A stretch of DNA of 64,000 bases, taken from positions 111,476,001-111,540,000 of the forward strand of contig NC_042997.1 in assembly GCF_006345805.1 (NCBI RefSeq), read 5' to 3'. Origin of the DNA: Octopus sinensis (lineage: Eukaryota). A model generated the notes under the pieces. The model was not told the origin of the DNA and ran no database searches. It saw only the letters and a list, made by a program, of their open reading frames with translations. A program made the position numbers and the translations under genes. Each line of letters opens with the position of its first letter. Within the stretch, counting starts at the first letter, position 1. Positions 38,576-50,969 of the stretch are shown here, piece after piece.

Positions 38576-38778
38576 CCCTTTCGTTACAGTATTTTTGTTG
38601 AGATGCTCTGTGTTTCTTACAAAGAATTTAGTAAAATAACTTAGTTATCATTAAGCTAGTGTTAGGAACATAAATTGTGACTAAGGTTTGTTGGAAGATT
38701 TTAATTCAAAACTTATGAAAACAAGACATTTGTACTACAGAGCCAGACGTGGTTTCAACTGGGTTGGTAATGAAAGGG
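38576..38778. mobile_element. piggyBac-type MITE
   Basis: TTAA|CCCTTTCGTTAC ... GTAATGAAAGGG|TTAA. Confidence 0.7.
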
Positions 38779-41700
38779 TTAATGTACATTTTTCCATGTT
38801 TGCACAGATCACAAGGAATTTGTTTTCTATGGCTGAATGCCCTTTCCATCACCAACCCTCATCTGATTCCAAACAAGGTACCATTTCCCCATGGCCAGAC
38901 ATGTTTTCCATGGAAGACTGGAAATGAGGAATGCTTGTCTACAACCATCATGTGATGTCAAGACAAAGGAGTTCACCCTCCACACACCCTCCCCACATCA
39001 TCATAATTTAACATCCATGTTTCAATGCTTGCATCGGTTGGATGGTTTGACAGGAACTGATGTGTCCAAGAAATGCTATGGAATGGTTTCTACTACTTGG
39101 TGCCCTTCCTATCACACACGCATGCACAAGACGGGCTTCTTTCAGTTTCAGACAACCAAATCTACCCACAAAGCTTTGGTTGGCCCAGGGCTGTAGTAGA
39201 AGACACTGCCTGAGGTGCCACTAGTGGGACTGAACCTGAAACCACATGGTCGGGAAGCAAGAATCTTAACCACACAGCCATGCCTGTACACATATCTACC
39301 TCTTATATACATAAACACACACACACATATATATTCAATTAATTTGTAATACTATCCCAGGCAATCCCTTTCTACAAAATACTTTGCTTTCTTTATTGAC
39401 TCTAAATCCAGTCAACAAAACCAGTCGGAGCTGTTTAATCATTTTAACAGCTGCTCTGAGAACAACATTACTTCATAATGTCTTTTAGCTGCTTTTATAA
39501 AACAGCTTCTGATATTAATCCAAATTTCACACATGGATTAAGACACACAAAGAAACGTGGATTAATACTGAGAGGAAGCTTAGAATGAAAGTCCAGACAG
39601 ATTTGACACCTGTTAAAAAAGAATATGGTGTCTATACCTATACTGGAAGAATAAAAAGTGAACCATTGGTGAAAAGAAAATTATTTGATTATATCACTTT
39701 TAAAACTATCTTTTAGAAGATGTATTATTTTGGTGAGCCACCCCTGGCTGGCACCTTGGGTGAGTTTCATTGGGTCCACTTAGTTGTAAAGATTCAGACT
39801 AAGAATCTCTCCCTCCCGCCAGTCTTGTAAGGGTTTATGGAGACTGCCTGTTCCCCTGACTAAAAGTAAAATGAGTTAAAAGCCCCTCCTCCCCTACAGA
39901 CCATGTGTCAGTTTCAAAACCTAGGGTTGATGTAGGGGCACTTTATTTTACTTTATGTCCAAACCAGCCAGATCCAGCCCATCACACCTACCCTACAATG
40001 TCATTCTAAAAATAAACAAGTATATCACTGAAATCTCAAAGCTAAAAGATAATGTGAATTAATAACCATTAGATTCTGAGAGAATAATCTGAATGCTAAA
40101 GGGTTAAGGTCACAATACCCTCATTCTCTAATTTCCATTGCAATATAAAGTTCCTTGAAAGGCAGCAAGCTGGCAGAATTGTTAGCACGCCAGGCAAAAT
40201 GCTTAGCGTATTTCGTCTCTCATTACATTCTGAGTTCAAATTCTGTTGAGGTCAACTTAGCCTTTCATCCTTTTGGGGTCGATAAATTAAGTACTAGTTA
40301 TGTACTGGGGTTGATGTAATCAATTGCCCCCTGACCACCACACCAAAAATTTCAGGCTTTGTGCCTAGAGTAGAAAAGAATATAAAGTTCCTTGTATTAT
40401 ATCAACAGGTTCCCTCAAATGGCTGGGCAACTCCTTAGAGGTTGAGGAGATCTGTTACCAGAGTGACCTAATAAGCAGTAAAGGGGACATTCCTGAAGCA
40501 TAGTAGGGAGACTAAGAACAGGTTGGAAAAAGTTCAGGGAGTTATTTATTACCAATTATCAAATGATCATTTAATTATCTTCAGCACAGGCATGGCTGTG
40601 GGGCAAAAAGTAGGTTTCTATATCACTTGGTTCTGGGTTCAGTCCCACTATGTGACACCTCTGGTATCTTCTACTATAACCTAAGGCTGCCCTGAACCAT
40701 GTGTATGGATTTGGTAGATCTGACTATGGCCAAGCTGGGGCACTACATTGGAAGGTTTTAGTTGAGCAAACTGACCTCACGCTTTATACACACACACAAA
40801 GTGACAGGACAAATGAAAGAAAGAGCACTCAACACATTTATTGTTGAAAACTTTTTGATCCTGATTCTGTGCAACTTATAGTCTCAAAGCTTCTAACGAG
40901 GGCCTTTCAGTAGGCCAGTGGCAATCCAATTTGAATTTCCACTGGCCTAATGAAAAGCCCCCATTAGGGGCTTTGAAACTCTAAGTAGCACAGAATCAGA
41001 ATCAAACTATTTTCAACTCTCTCTCTCCATATATATATATGTGTGTGTGTGTTGGGGTTTCTGTTTATGAAATCCACTCACAAAGTTTGGGTGGCCCAAG
41101 GCTATGGTAGAAGCCACCTGGCCCAAAGTACCACATAGTAGGATTGAACCTGGAACCATGTGGTTGGGAAGCAAACTTCTTATCTCACAGCCATGCTTGC
41201 ACCTATTGGTGAATTTAAGATGAAAGCAGGCTATCTACCAGGGCCCATTTCTCAGCCCCTTTCTAGTCATCGTAGTCCTATAGGCCACAACTGAAGAGTT
41301 TAAGCTGAATCATCATCATCATCGTTTAACGTCCGCTTTCCATGCTGGCATGGGTTGGATGGTTTGACTGAGGACTGGTGAGCCAGAAGGCTGCACCAGG
41401 CTCCAATCTGATCTGGCAAAGTTTCTACAGATTTTGAATCTTTATTAAAACTACGAAGGGACATGACCTAGTGGTTAGGGTGCTCAGCTAACAATCATAA
41501 GATTGGAAGTTCAATTCCTAGACCAAGTGAGATGTTATGTCCTCGAACAAGGCGCTTCATTCCAGGTTGCTCCAATCTATAATAATGGTAAAATTATTTT
41601 ACTAAATTCTTCCTTATATTCAGTACTAAAAGAAAGCAGTGTACTTCAACAGAAATATGGAATGAATTTAAATATTTAAACACGGATTAAGTGGAGAGGA

Positions 41701-43716
41701 GATTTGTAAGAGAAGCTAACATGGCCTGTTGCAATATTTCAACAGAGTTGTTTTCAGAGATCAGTGACTGTTTGATTGGATAAATACGTACAAGTCAGAA
41801 TGCTTTGTTGCTTAAATACACAACTCATGGATCATAAAATGGTGATTTATTATCTGGAATATATTGAAACCGGAAATATCATTTAATGCTGCCCCACCAC
41901 CCTCTATACACGTAAAACAAATTAAGACATCAATTGGTCTTCAACGGATATCAACAAATGTAAAATTAATCACTGTTGTATTTGGTTAGCAGTGATTTAT
42001 CAGTTGGCTTTAATCTGATTAATGACAAATGAATAACAAGATTAGTGTTTTGCGATCAAATGTCCTTTGTAAACATTCTGGAATACCAGAGAAATAACAA
42101 AAGAGATACAGAAATAGTTTGGTAAACAATTGAGAATACATACACCCACGTATGTATATATGTATGCACATTATACACACACACACACACACATGTGCAG
42201 CACATTATACATACATGAATATACAATGTTAATATTTGTTTTTATGTTGTAATAAAACCAATTTCACATTCATTTGATGGGTTACTCCATAGTGACTCTA
42301 TATAATCATCATCAGCACCACCATCATCTGACTTTTCCATGCTGGCATGGGTCAGACAGAATTCAGTGAGGCAGATTTTCTACAACTGGAATTCTTTCCT
42401 GTTACCAACCCTCACCAGTTTCCAAGTAAGGCAATACTCCCCCCCCCCCCCAGCTGGCAGAAACGTTAACACGCCGGGTGAAATACTTAGCAGCATTTCG
42501 TCTGCCTTTACGTTCTGAGTTCAAATTCCGTCAAGGTTGACTTTACCTTTCATTCTTTCGGGGTCGATAGATTAAGTACCAGTTATGTACGGGGGTGATG
42601 ATCTAATTGACTAGCTCCCTCCCCCAAAATTTTGGGCCTTATGCCTAGAGTAGAAATGACACCCCACCATGGCCAAACATTTTCATTGAAGACTGCAAAT
42701 GAACCACATTGTTTGTATGATAGCTGTGTTTATTGACAACCACCATATCATATGCAAAAAGGGGACACACAGAGATAAATGAGGGATTGCTTTCAGTTTC
42801 CGTTTACCAAATCCACTCATAAGGCGTTGGGTGGCCCAAGACACTTGTGGAAGGTATGAGGTAATATCCCAAGACCACCTGGTTTGGAAGTAGGCTTCTT
42901 AATCAATGCAGACACACCTGCATTGATATGTATATCATCATCACATCATCATGATGCTGGTATGCTTTGGATGGTTCGACAGGAGCAGATGAGTGAGCGA
43001 GAAGACTGTGCCAAGCTCTGCTGTCTGCCTGGCATGGTTTCTGCAGTCAGGTGCCATTCTTAGTGCCAACCACTATAGAGGGTGTGGATTAGGTGTTCTT
43101 TGTGTGGCACCAGTATGAGAAAGGGCAACAAGTAACTCGCAAAACCTCTCGACTGAATGAGGAGAGAGCAGTATTGAAGAGGGTGGTGAGATAAAGGGAC
43201 AGGAAAAGGGGTCTTGCTGTACTGGAAATACATGACTAAGGTGTATTGGGGATCAGACCAAACCAAAGACACCCTCAAACAGAAAAAAACAAAAAACAAA
43301 AATGAGGTTTAGAAAATTGAAATTTTTATAGAAAAATCTAATTTAGATTATCATCATCATGTAAGGTCTGTTTTCCATGCTGGCATGGGTTGAACGGTTT
43401 AACAGGAACTGGTAAGGCCAGGGACCATACAAGGTTTCTATTGTCTGTCTTGGCTTCGTTTTTATGGCTGGATTAGTTTCCCAATGCCAACCACTTTACA
43501 GAGTGCACTGGGTGCTGCTTTCTATGTGGCACCATCACCTGTGCTTTTTATGTGGCACTGTGACAGAGTGACCCAATATCTTGCAAGACAAAGATAAGAA
43601 CTTAAATAACAATGCTGCTTCAGTTGTTTTAGAAAAAAAATTCAAATCCGATGCTTTTTTTTTGTTTTTCAGGTTTTGGTGATATTTAAAGAAAATATTG
43701 AGTTAAAAATGTGGAA

Positions 43717-45045
43717 ATGGAGTCAAGTTTTTATTTGGAAGGTGACTGGAATCGAGAGAAGAGGAAACTGACCAATGAACGGTTAAAGATAGCCAGAGAT
43801 AATATTTATGAAAACGCATTAAATGTTGCCGAGAAAGAAATTGATCGACAACTTCAGGTGAGACTTCAAACAATAACAAGACAAGCAATGCATTTACGAC
43901 AGAAAATTAAAGAATTTACTCTGGAGAAGAAACAAGTTCAATTAGAACTGAAGAGAAGATATTTTCCTGATATTGACTTTAGGAACGATGAATTTCGACT
44001 GAAAACATCGCTGAGCCATCTTGGACTTTACCTTAATGATTTCTATTTGGAGAAAAACCAAAGATATCCCATAAGAATGGCATTTAATCACTCTACAAGA
44101 CTAACTGAAAGGCTAAATGCCAAACCATCAGAATATAGGAAGGTGCCGACGAAAAATGGATGTCCAAATGTAGCAAACAATTTAATATGTAAAAAACCAA
44201 AAATGAAGTCTTTAAATAATTCAGAAATTGGAGCCAAGAATGGTAAAACTAACTTTGATTTTCTTCCACAAGAAAATTCTTGCTTTGATCAACATAAATC
44301 TTTACCAGAACTTCGAGTTTCAAATATTAAAGAACACAAATCCTCTGTTTTATCTGAATCGTATTCTGAAAATCTCAAAGACGGGGCAGAAACAAAATTA
44401 CCAAAATTACAAAATGAAGAAATTGATGAAAGTGAACAAAACGATGGAATTGAACCAGAAAGTTTACAAACTCCAGATTTACCAAATATTGGTAGAGAAA
44501 TTCTTTTAGGAAAACCATGTAACAAATGTACAGATGAATATAATAATAACAGAACTGGTTTCAGAGACAGTAAGAGACAGTTTACAGAATTGTTGAAAAT
44601 TAATCAAATTCAAAACCATAATTTGCAATCAAAGACAAATGGCATCAATGCTAAAGTGAGACATTTTATAAACAAATGTGATAAAATGTCTGAAATAAAC
44701 AGAGATTCTACAACAGAAACACACAAGGAAACTGCAAAAACCCCAGAAAATGTTCTGCCCCAAAATGCAAACTTTATAATAAAGAATGAGTATTGGAAAC
44801 TACCAAGACCTTGTAAGAAAGAATCGATTTCCATGGATAAAATGGTTCTGATGATGCAGACAGGATTCCAAGGAGACCGAAACCAAAATTTCTCAGTTCC
44901 TCTCAATACGGCTAAAAGAGCTTTACGGCACACTCCGAGTGCAGCAAAAATGCAGACTTTTATTAAACGTCTTGTTTCACAAAGTTCATCAGTTTTGCAA
45001 AAAAAGGAAACTGGAATCTCAGCAGGATTCACAGAATCTCACTGA
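43717..45045 (+). CDS. Uncharacterised 442-aa protein; N-terminal coiled coil, low-complexity N/K/E/S-rich C-terminal two-thirds; nested antisense in RSPRY1 intron
   Basis: 1.33-kb stop-free frame in otherwise ORF-poor DNA, with no SINE or transposase/RT motifs. The first ATG is 43717 (the track start at 43711 is GTG; in-frame TGA at 43699-43701). A strong acceptor (TTTTTTTTTGTTTTTCAG|G, AG at 43671-43672) lies 44 nt upstream of the ATG. Confidence 0.8.
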   Translation: MESSFYLEGDWNREKRKLTNERLKIARDNIYENALNVAEKEIDRQLQVRLQTITRQAMHLRQKIKEFTLEKKQVQLELKRRYFPDIDFRNDEFRLKTSLSHLGLYLNDFYLEKNQRYPIRMAFNHSTRLTERLNAKPSEYRKVPTKNGCPNVANNLICKKPKMKSLNNSEIGAKNGKTNFDFLPQENSCFDQHKSLPELRVSNIKEHKSSVLSESYSENLKDGAETKLPKLQNEEIDESEQNDGIEPESLQTPDLPNIGREILLGKPCNKCTDEYNNNRTGFRDSKRQFTELLKINQIQNHNLQSKTNGINAKVRHFINKCDKMSEINRDSTTETHKETAKTPENVLPQNANFIIKNEYWKLPRPCKKESISMDKMVLMMQTGFQGDRNQNFSVPLNTAKRALRHTPSAAKMQTFIKRLVSQSSSVLQKKETGISAGFTESH

Positions 45046-45615
45046 AAAAAGCAAAACATTGGGTCTTGAATTGTGTCAAAATTCTGAAACTAGTTGAAAC
45101 CGTGTGTGTGTGTGAAAACAAGAATGAGCTACTATGGCCAGTGGTATGTTTGTGAATAACACACATGCATATATGTATTAATTTATACATACATATCTAT
45201 CTATCTATATATATATATATATATCTTGTTGCTATTATGTTAAACTGTCATATGTCAAAATGCATTTTTTTTTCAATATTAATTTTGGTCAAACTATTGT
45301 ATCTCCAGCTGCTTCAGATGCCATGATATAAAAATTGTCAAAGTGTAGTATAACTGTTTAGTATTTTTCAAAAATGTAGTAAGTCCCACACACCACAGAT
45401 TTGCAAAAAATACTTCTGACTGAAAATATCATACAAGCATGGAGTTACGGAATGGTGAAACTATTTTTTCGTTTCCTGAAAAGCAATGTTTTGGACTTAC
45501 AACACTTCTGCATAATAGCAACAACATATATGTAGAAAATATACAGGGAAGGAAAATTATAGACATTTTTCTATCAGTGGCTAGCATGTATAAAATAGTT
45601 AATAGGCAACATATT

Positions 45616-46029
45616 TTTCATATAAAATTAGTGTACATTTAAACACAAAAGAGGTGACCCTCACAGGACACCTTACATGCTAGAAGGAACAGTCAAAGTC
45701 CAAACCACGGTTAAGAGCAATTTCGAAGGGAATGAAAAATAAAAACATTTACAATATTTACCTCCCATACCTAGGTTTCGAACTTTAGTTAACAAATAAA
45801 ACGATTTGTTAGGCGAAGTTCTTGTCAGTGGGGGTGCCACAAGTTAGCATATAATTATGTGACAAAATAGCACATCTCATCTTTGTAAATGTTTTTATTT
45901 TTTTACTTTTCATTCCCTTCGAAATTGCTCTTAACTGTGGTTTGAACTTTGACTGTTCCTTTTAGCATGTAAAGTGTCCTGTTAGGGTCACCTCTTTTGT
46001 GTTTAAATGTACACTAATTTTATATGAAA
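45616..46029. repeat. Fold-back element/MITE with ~137-bp inverted arms
   Basis: 45616-45753 is a near-perfect reverse complement of 45884-46029. Confidence 0.85.
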
Positions 46030-46832
46030 TATATATATATATATATATGTGTGTGTGTAAACACAGCAACACTAATAATCATTCAAGTGGTGGCGGGAAA
46101 CACACACACATATACATGATAGTCTTCTTTCAGTTTCCATCTACAAAACCCACTCATAAGGCTTTGGTTGGCCTGAGGTTACAGTAGAGGTCACTTGCCC
46201 AAGATGCTATGCAGTGGGATTGAACCCAAAATCATGTAGTTGGAAAGCAAACTTCTAACCAGACAGCTACACCCGAAAAGAAACCTTTGGATGTGATGGT
46301 AAATAGGTCATTGAAGTGGTGAAGGAAGAGGGCCAGGGACAAAACCAAACCCTCAGGGAACACCTGGGTTGATTGAGAGAAGAATAGGGGACAGGAAAAA
46401 AAGCCCTATCAACACATACCAAAAGAGAGGAGATGGTTGGAACCCATAGGCAAGTTTTGATACAAGTTTAGCATGCAGGACACATTTGAGGGTTTTACTG
46501 ATGTTTAGAGCAACAACATCACTTTCACTGAGCTGGTTCCAGGTTCAGTCCCACTGCATGACACTTTAGGCAAGTGTCTTCTATTATAGCTTTGGGTTGA
46601 CCAAAGCCTTGTGAATGGATTTGGTAGACGGAAACTGAAAGAAGCCCGTCGAATATATGTGTATATATAGATACATGTATGTTTGTCCTGCACCAATGCT
46701 TGACAACCAGTGTAAGTGTGTTTATGTTCCCGTTACTTAGCAGTTTGGCAAAGGAGACTAACAGAATAAGTACCAGCCTTTAAAAAAAAAAATAAAAGAC
46801 CTGGGGTCAATTTGTTTGACTGAAATTCTTCA

Positions 46833-47111
<279 letters not shown>

Positions 47112-48078
47112 TTATTTTCATTAAATATTTTATTTAAACTTCATAAATGTATCAGAGAACGTAGTTATTTACTTGTGTGATTAGAGGATTCTGTGAATAC
47201 AAACTAGGTTGATGGCTTTTAAATTGTTAAGAAAACTTCTTCATCTTTTAATGTCTGTTTTCCATGCTAGCATGGGTTGACTGTGGACTGGCAAGCCAGG
47301 AGGCTACACTAGGATCCAATTTGATCTGGCAGAGTTTCTACAGCTGGATGCCCTTCCTAATGCCAAACACTCCGAGAGTGTGATGGGAGCTTCTTACGTG
47401 CCACAGGCATGGGAGCCAGTCAGGTGGCACTGGCATCAACTATGCTCGAACGGTGCTTTTTATGTGCCAGTTGGGTAGCACTAGCATCAACCATGCTTGA
47501 ATGGTGCTTTTTATGTGCTAGTCAGATGGCACTGGCATTAACCATGCTTGTATGCCACTGGCACAAGAAAAAAAAAAGCATGGGAAAAAAAAATAAAAGA
47601 AAGAGAAACAGGCATGAAAAAGGTGTGTGGCTTAGTGGTCAGGGTATTTGGTTTGTGATCATAAGGTTGTGAGTTCGATTCCTGGCAGTGCATTGGGCCC
47701 TTGAGCAAGACACTTTACTTCATGTTACTTCAGATGGCAAAAATGAGTTGTACCTGTATTTCAAAGGGACCAGCCTTGTCACATTCTGTGTCATGCTGAG
47801 TCTCCCTGAGAACTATGTGATGGGTATGCGCATGCCTGTGGAATACTCAGCCACTTGCAATCCTCATCGTTGTAACTGACAGAGTGCAAGCAAATAGACA
47901 TGGCTGTTTGGTTAAGAATCCCACTTGATAACCACATGGGTTTGGGTTCAGTCCTACTAGGCAGATTCCTTCGTTAGTATCTTCTGTTATTGCTCCAGGT
48001 TGATCAATGTCTTGTCACTGGATTTGATAGATGGAAACTGTTGGAAGCCCATCATATGTATGTGTGTGTGTGTGTGTG

Positions 48079-48127
<49 letters not shown>

Positions 48128-48130
<3 letters not shown>

Positions 48131-48505
48131 CACAGGAGTGGCTGTGTGGTAAGTAGCTTGCTTACCAACTATATGGTTCCGGGTTCAGTCCCACTGTGTG
48201 ACACCTTGAGCAAATATCTTCTACTACAGCCTTGGGCAGACCAAGTCCTTGTGAGTGGATTTGGTAGGCGGAAATTGAAAGAAGCCCGTTGTATATATGT
48301 GTGTGTGTGCTTCTCCCCCCCAACTTTGACATCTGATGCTGGTGTGTGTACGTCCCTGTAACTTAGCAGTTCGGCAAAAAGAGACCGATAGAATAAGTAC
48401 TAGGCTTACAAAGAATAAGTCCTGGGGTCGATTTGCTCAACTAAAGGTGGTGTTCCAGCATGGCCACAGTCAAATGGCTGAAACAAGTAAAAGAATAAAA
48501 GAATA
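48128..48505 (+). mobile_element. tRNA-derived SINE family A (representative near-full copy; >30 full/partial copies across window on both strands)
   Basis: Head GGCTGTGTGGTAAG..GGGTTCAGTCCC, core CCTTGGGCAAGTGTCTTC, internal (AT/GT)n, 3' end CCAGCATGGCCGCAGTCAAATGACTGAAAC. Other good copies at ~3720-4020, 7125-7505(-), 20100-20510(-), 24905-25262(-) and 51945-52335. Confidence 0.9.
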
Positions 48506-49172
48506 CATATATGTATATATATACCCCCCCCCACTACATGTATGTATGTAAGTATATGCATATATGTCCCCATCACAGAGTGGTGTTGGTTTGTTAACAT
48601 CCCTGTAACTTAGCAATTCACCAAAATAGATTGTTACAATGAGTATCAAACTGGGAAAAAAAAAGAAAAAACAGAAGTACTGGAGTCAATTCTTTTTTAC
48701 TAAACTCTTCAAAGCGGTGCCCCAGCATGGCCAAAGTCTGATGACAAGAATAAACAAAAAAATAAAATAAAAAAGTTTTATTGTGGGAGGAAGGTGTCAT
48801 GCTCAAACCTGAACAGTTGAGTAACACTGCCAGGAATGACGTAAGGGACCTTAGGGCTTGTAAGAGAAACATGAAGTACTACCAGACACCTCAGCTTATA
48901 AAGGGTCCAAGCAATATAAACCTGACCAAGCTTTTATACTCAGCATTAAAGTTAAACCTCTGAGATAATAATGATGATTGTATCGACAGAGCAGAGGATG
49001 TTTTAGACCAGTGGTTCTCAACAATTTTTGGCCTGTGGACCCCTTTGATTCCTATTTCACACTGCTGGGTCCCCATAGCCATTCCATGTCTAAAAAAATT
49101 TTATTGTATTTCTATGATTAAATATTATAAGGAACTCTATAAAAAAAATTGTTAAAAGATTTTGTGTTTTGT

Positions 49173-49567
49173 AGATGCCAGGTCCACCCGACTGGCTCCC
49201 CTGCCGGTGGAACTTCAAAAGCATCAACCGAACGTGGCCAATGCCAGTAGCCGCAGACTGGCTCCCGTGCCAATGGCATGTAAAAAGCACTATTCGAACA
49301 CGATCAATGCTAGGCCCACCTGACTGGCTCCTGTGCTGGTGGCACGTAAAAAGCACCATCCGGATGTGGGTGATGTCAGTTTCCCTGACTTGGCCCCCGT
49401 GCCAGTGGCATCTAAAAAGCACCCACTACACTCTCGGAGTGGTTGGCATTAGGAAGGGTATCATTGCCAGATCAGATTGGAGCCTGGTGCAGCTGCTGGC
49501 TCTGCAGACTTCAGTCAAACCGTCCAACCCATGCCAGCATGGAAAACGAACATTAAACGATGATGAT
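49173..49567 (+). mobile_element. SINE family C with internal tandem units and RTE-like (GAT)n tail (representative; ~18 copies)
   Basis: 3' end GGCATTAGGAAGGG..CAACCCATGCCAGCATGGAAA..TTAAACGATGATGAT. Internal 40-55-bp repeats GCATGTAAAAAGCACC. Recurs at 1-78, 785-1049, 9667(-), 26770-27312, 50030, 52490(-), 55095, 56758(-) and 61648(-). Confidence 0.85.
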
Positions 49568-49718
49568 ATAAATATTATAAGGAACTCTATAAAAAAAAAT
49601 TGTTAAAAGATTTTGTGTTTTGTGGAATTTTAACCAATTTATTGCAGATAAACTTTAACAAAAAACCTTATATGGATCCCTAAGGGTCAAATGGATGGTG
49701 GATTATGGAAACCAATCA

Positions 49719-49964
<246 letters not shown>

Positions 49965-50371
49965 TTACAGCTAAAAGAATAGCTATGTGCTTTAATTATC
50001 AGTGCAGCGAGATTAGATTTAACAGTGTCGTTGCTAGTGCCACCTGACTGGCCCCCATGCTGGTGGCATGTAAAAAGCACCATTCAAGTGTGGTTGATGC
50101 CAGTGCTGTCTGACTGGCTCCTGTGCTGGTGGCATGTAAAAAGTACCATTCAAGCATGGTTGATGCCATTGCCGCCTGACTGGCCCCTGTGTCAGTGGCA
50201 CATAAAAGCACCCAATACACTCTCGGAGTGGTTGGCGTTAGGAAGGGCATCCAGCTGTAGAAAAAACCTTGCCTGATCAGATTGGAGCCTGGTGCAGCCT
50301 TCTGACTTGCCAGACCTCAGTCAAACCGTCCAACCCATGCCAGCATGGAAAGTAGATGTTAAAGGATGATG

Positions 50372-50590
50372 AGGAGGAGTACAGCCATTAACCATGCCTT
50401 GTCAATTCCCATCCCAATTGCTGAGGGACCACGAACACATGCACCAGCTCTCTCCAAATGATTCCAGCCACTGACCAAGACTATCTGGTCCATTCTTTGA
50501 TATCCTCCAACCAGTGTCTTCTCCGGTCCCTCCCACCTCTTTTCCCCATTCACACATCTTTGACAAAGTGGAGGTTTCTGGGCCCTGATC
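50372..50590 (-). mobile_element. RTE-clade LINE 3' fragment
   Basis: Degenerate frame MGKRGGRDRRRHWLEDIKEWTR resembles the RTE GKR.RGRPR.RW.D.I.EW C-terminal motif. Confidence 0.55.
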
Positions 50591-50751
50591 ATTTCTGATT
50601 TAATTACCAGCACAACATATTAGGATTTTTTCTATTAACTGATGAAGGCTGGAGGGTATATCAGCCGAAATATGTTAACAATAAACAAGATGAGGACAAA
50701 TATCTATCAAATGTAAATAATGTTTCTGTAAACTAAATAGTTAAGATTTAA

Positions 50752-50969
50752 CCCTTTAGCATTTAAACTGGTCAGATCTGGCCAAAATTCTACCTGTTTC
50801 ATGTTAAAACCAGCCAAATCTGGCCCCCTCACATTTAACCTACACTGTCAATCTAAAACTAACAATCACATCATTGAAATCTCAAAGCTATGAGACAATG
50901 CATAATTAATTAAAATCAATGTGGATCAATAAACATAACTTTTAAGAGAATTATGCGAGTGTGAAAGGG
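50752..50969. mobile_element. piggyBac-type MITE (second family; related pieces at ~39960-40107 and 54971-55600)
   Basis: TTAA|CCCTTT ... AAAGGG|TTAA. The internal sequence is shared with the other copies. Confidence 0.7.

Noticed and set aside
44848-44885. CTGATGA...GAAA inside the nested ORF, plus other isolated CTGATGA hits (e.g. ~35007, 58618, 62296)
   Set aside because: No helix II or helix I pairing; chance matches.
44228-45032. Overlapping ORFs of 93, 78 and 140 aa
   Set aside because: Alternate-frame or antisense shadows of the 442-aa ORF.
49173-49410. CRISPR-like regularly spaced repeats
   Set aside because: Eukaryotic SINE-internal tandem units with homologous rather than unique spacers, and no cas genes.
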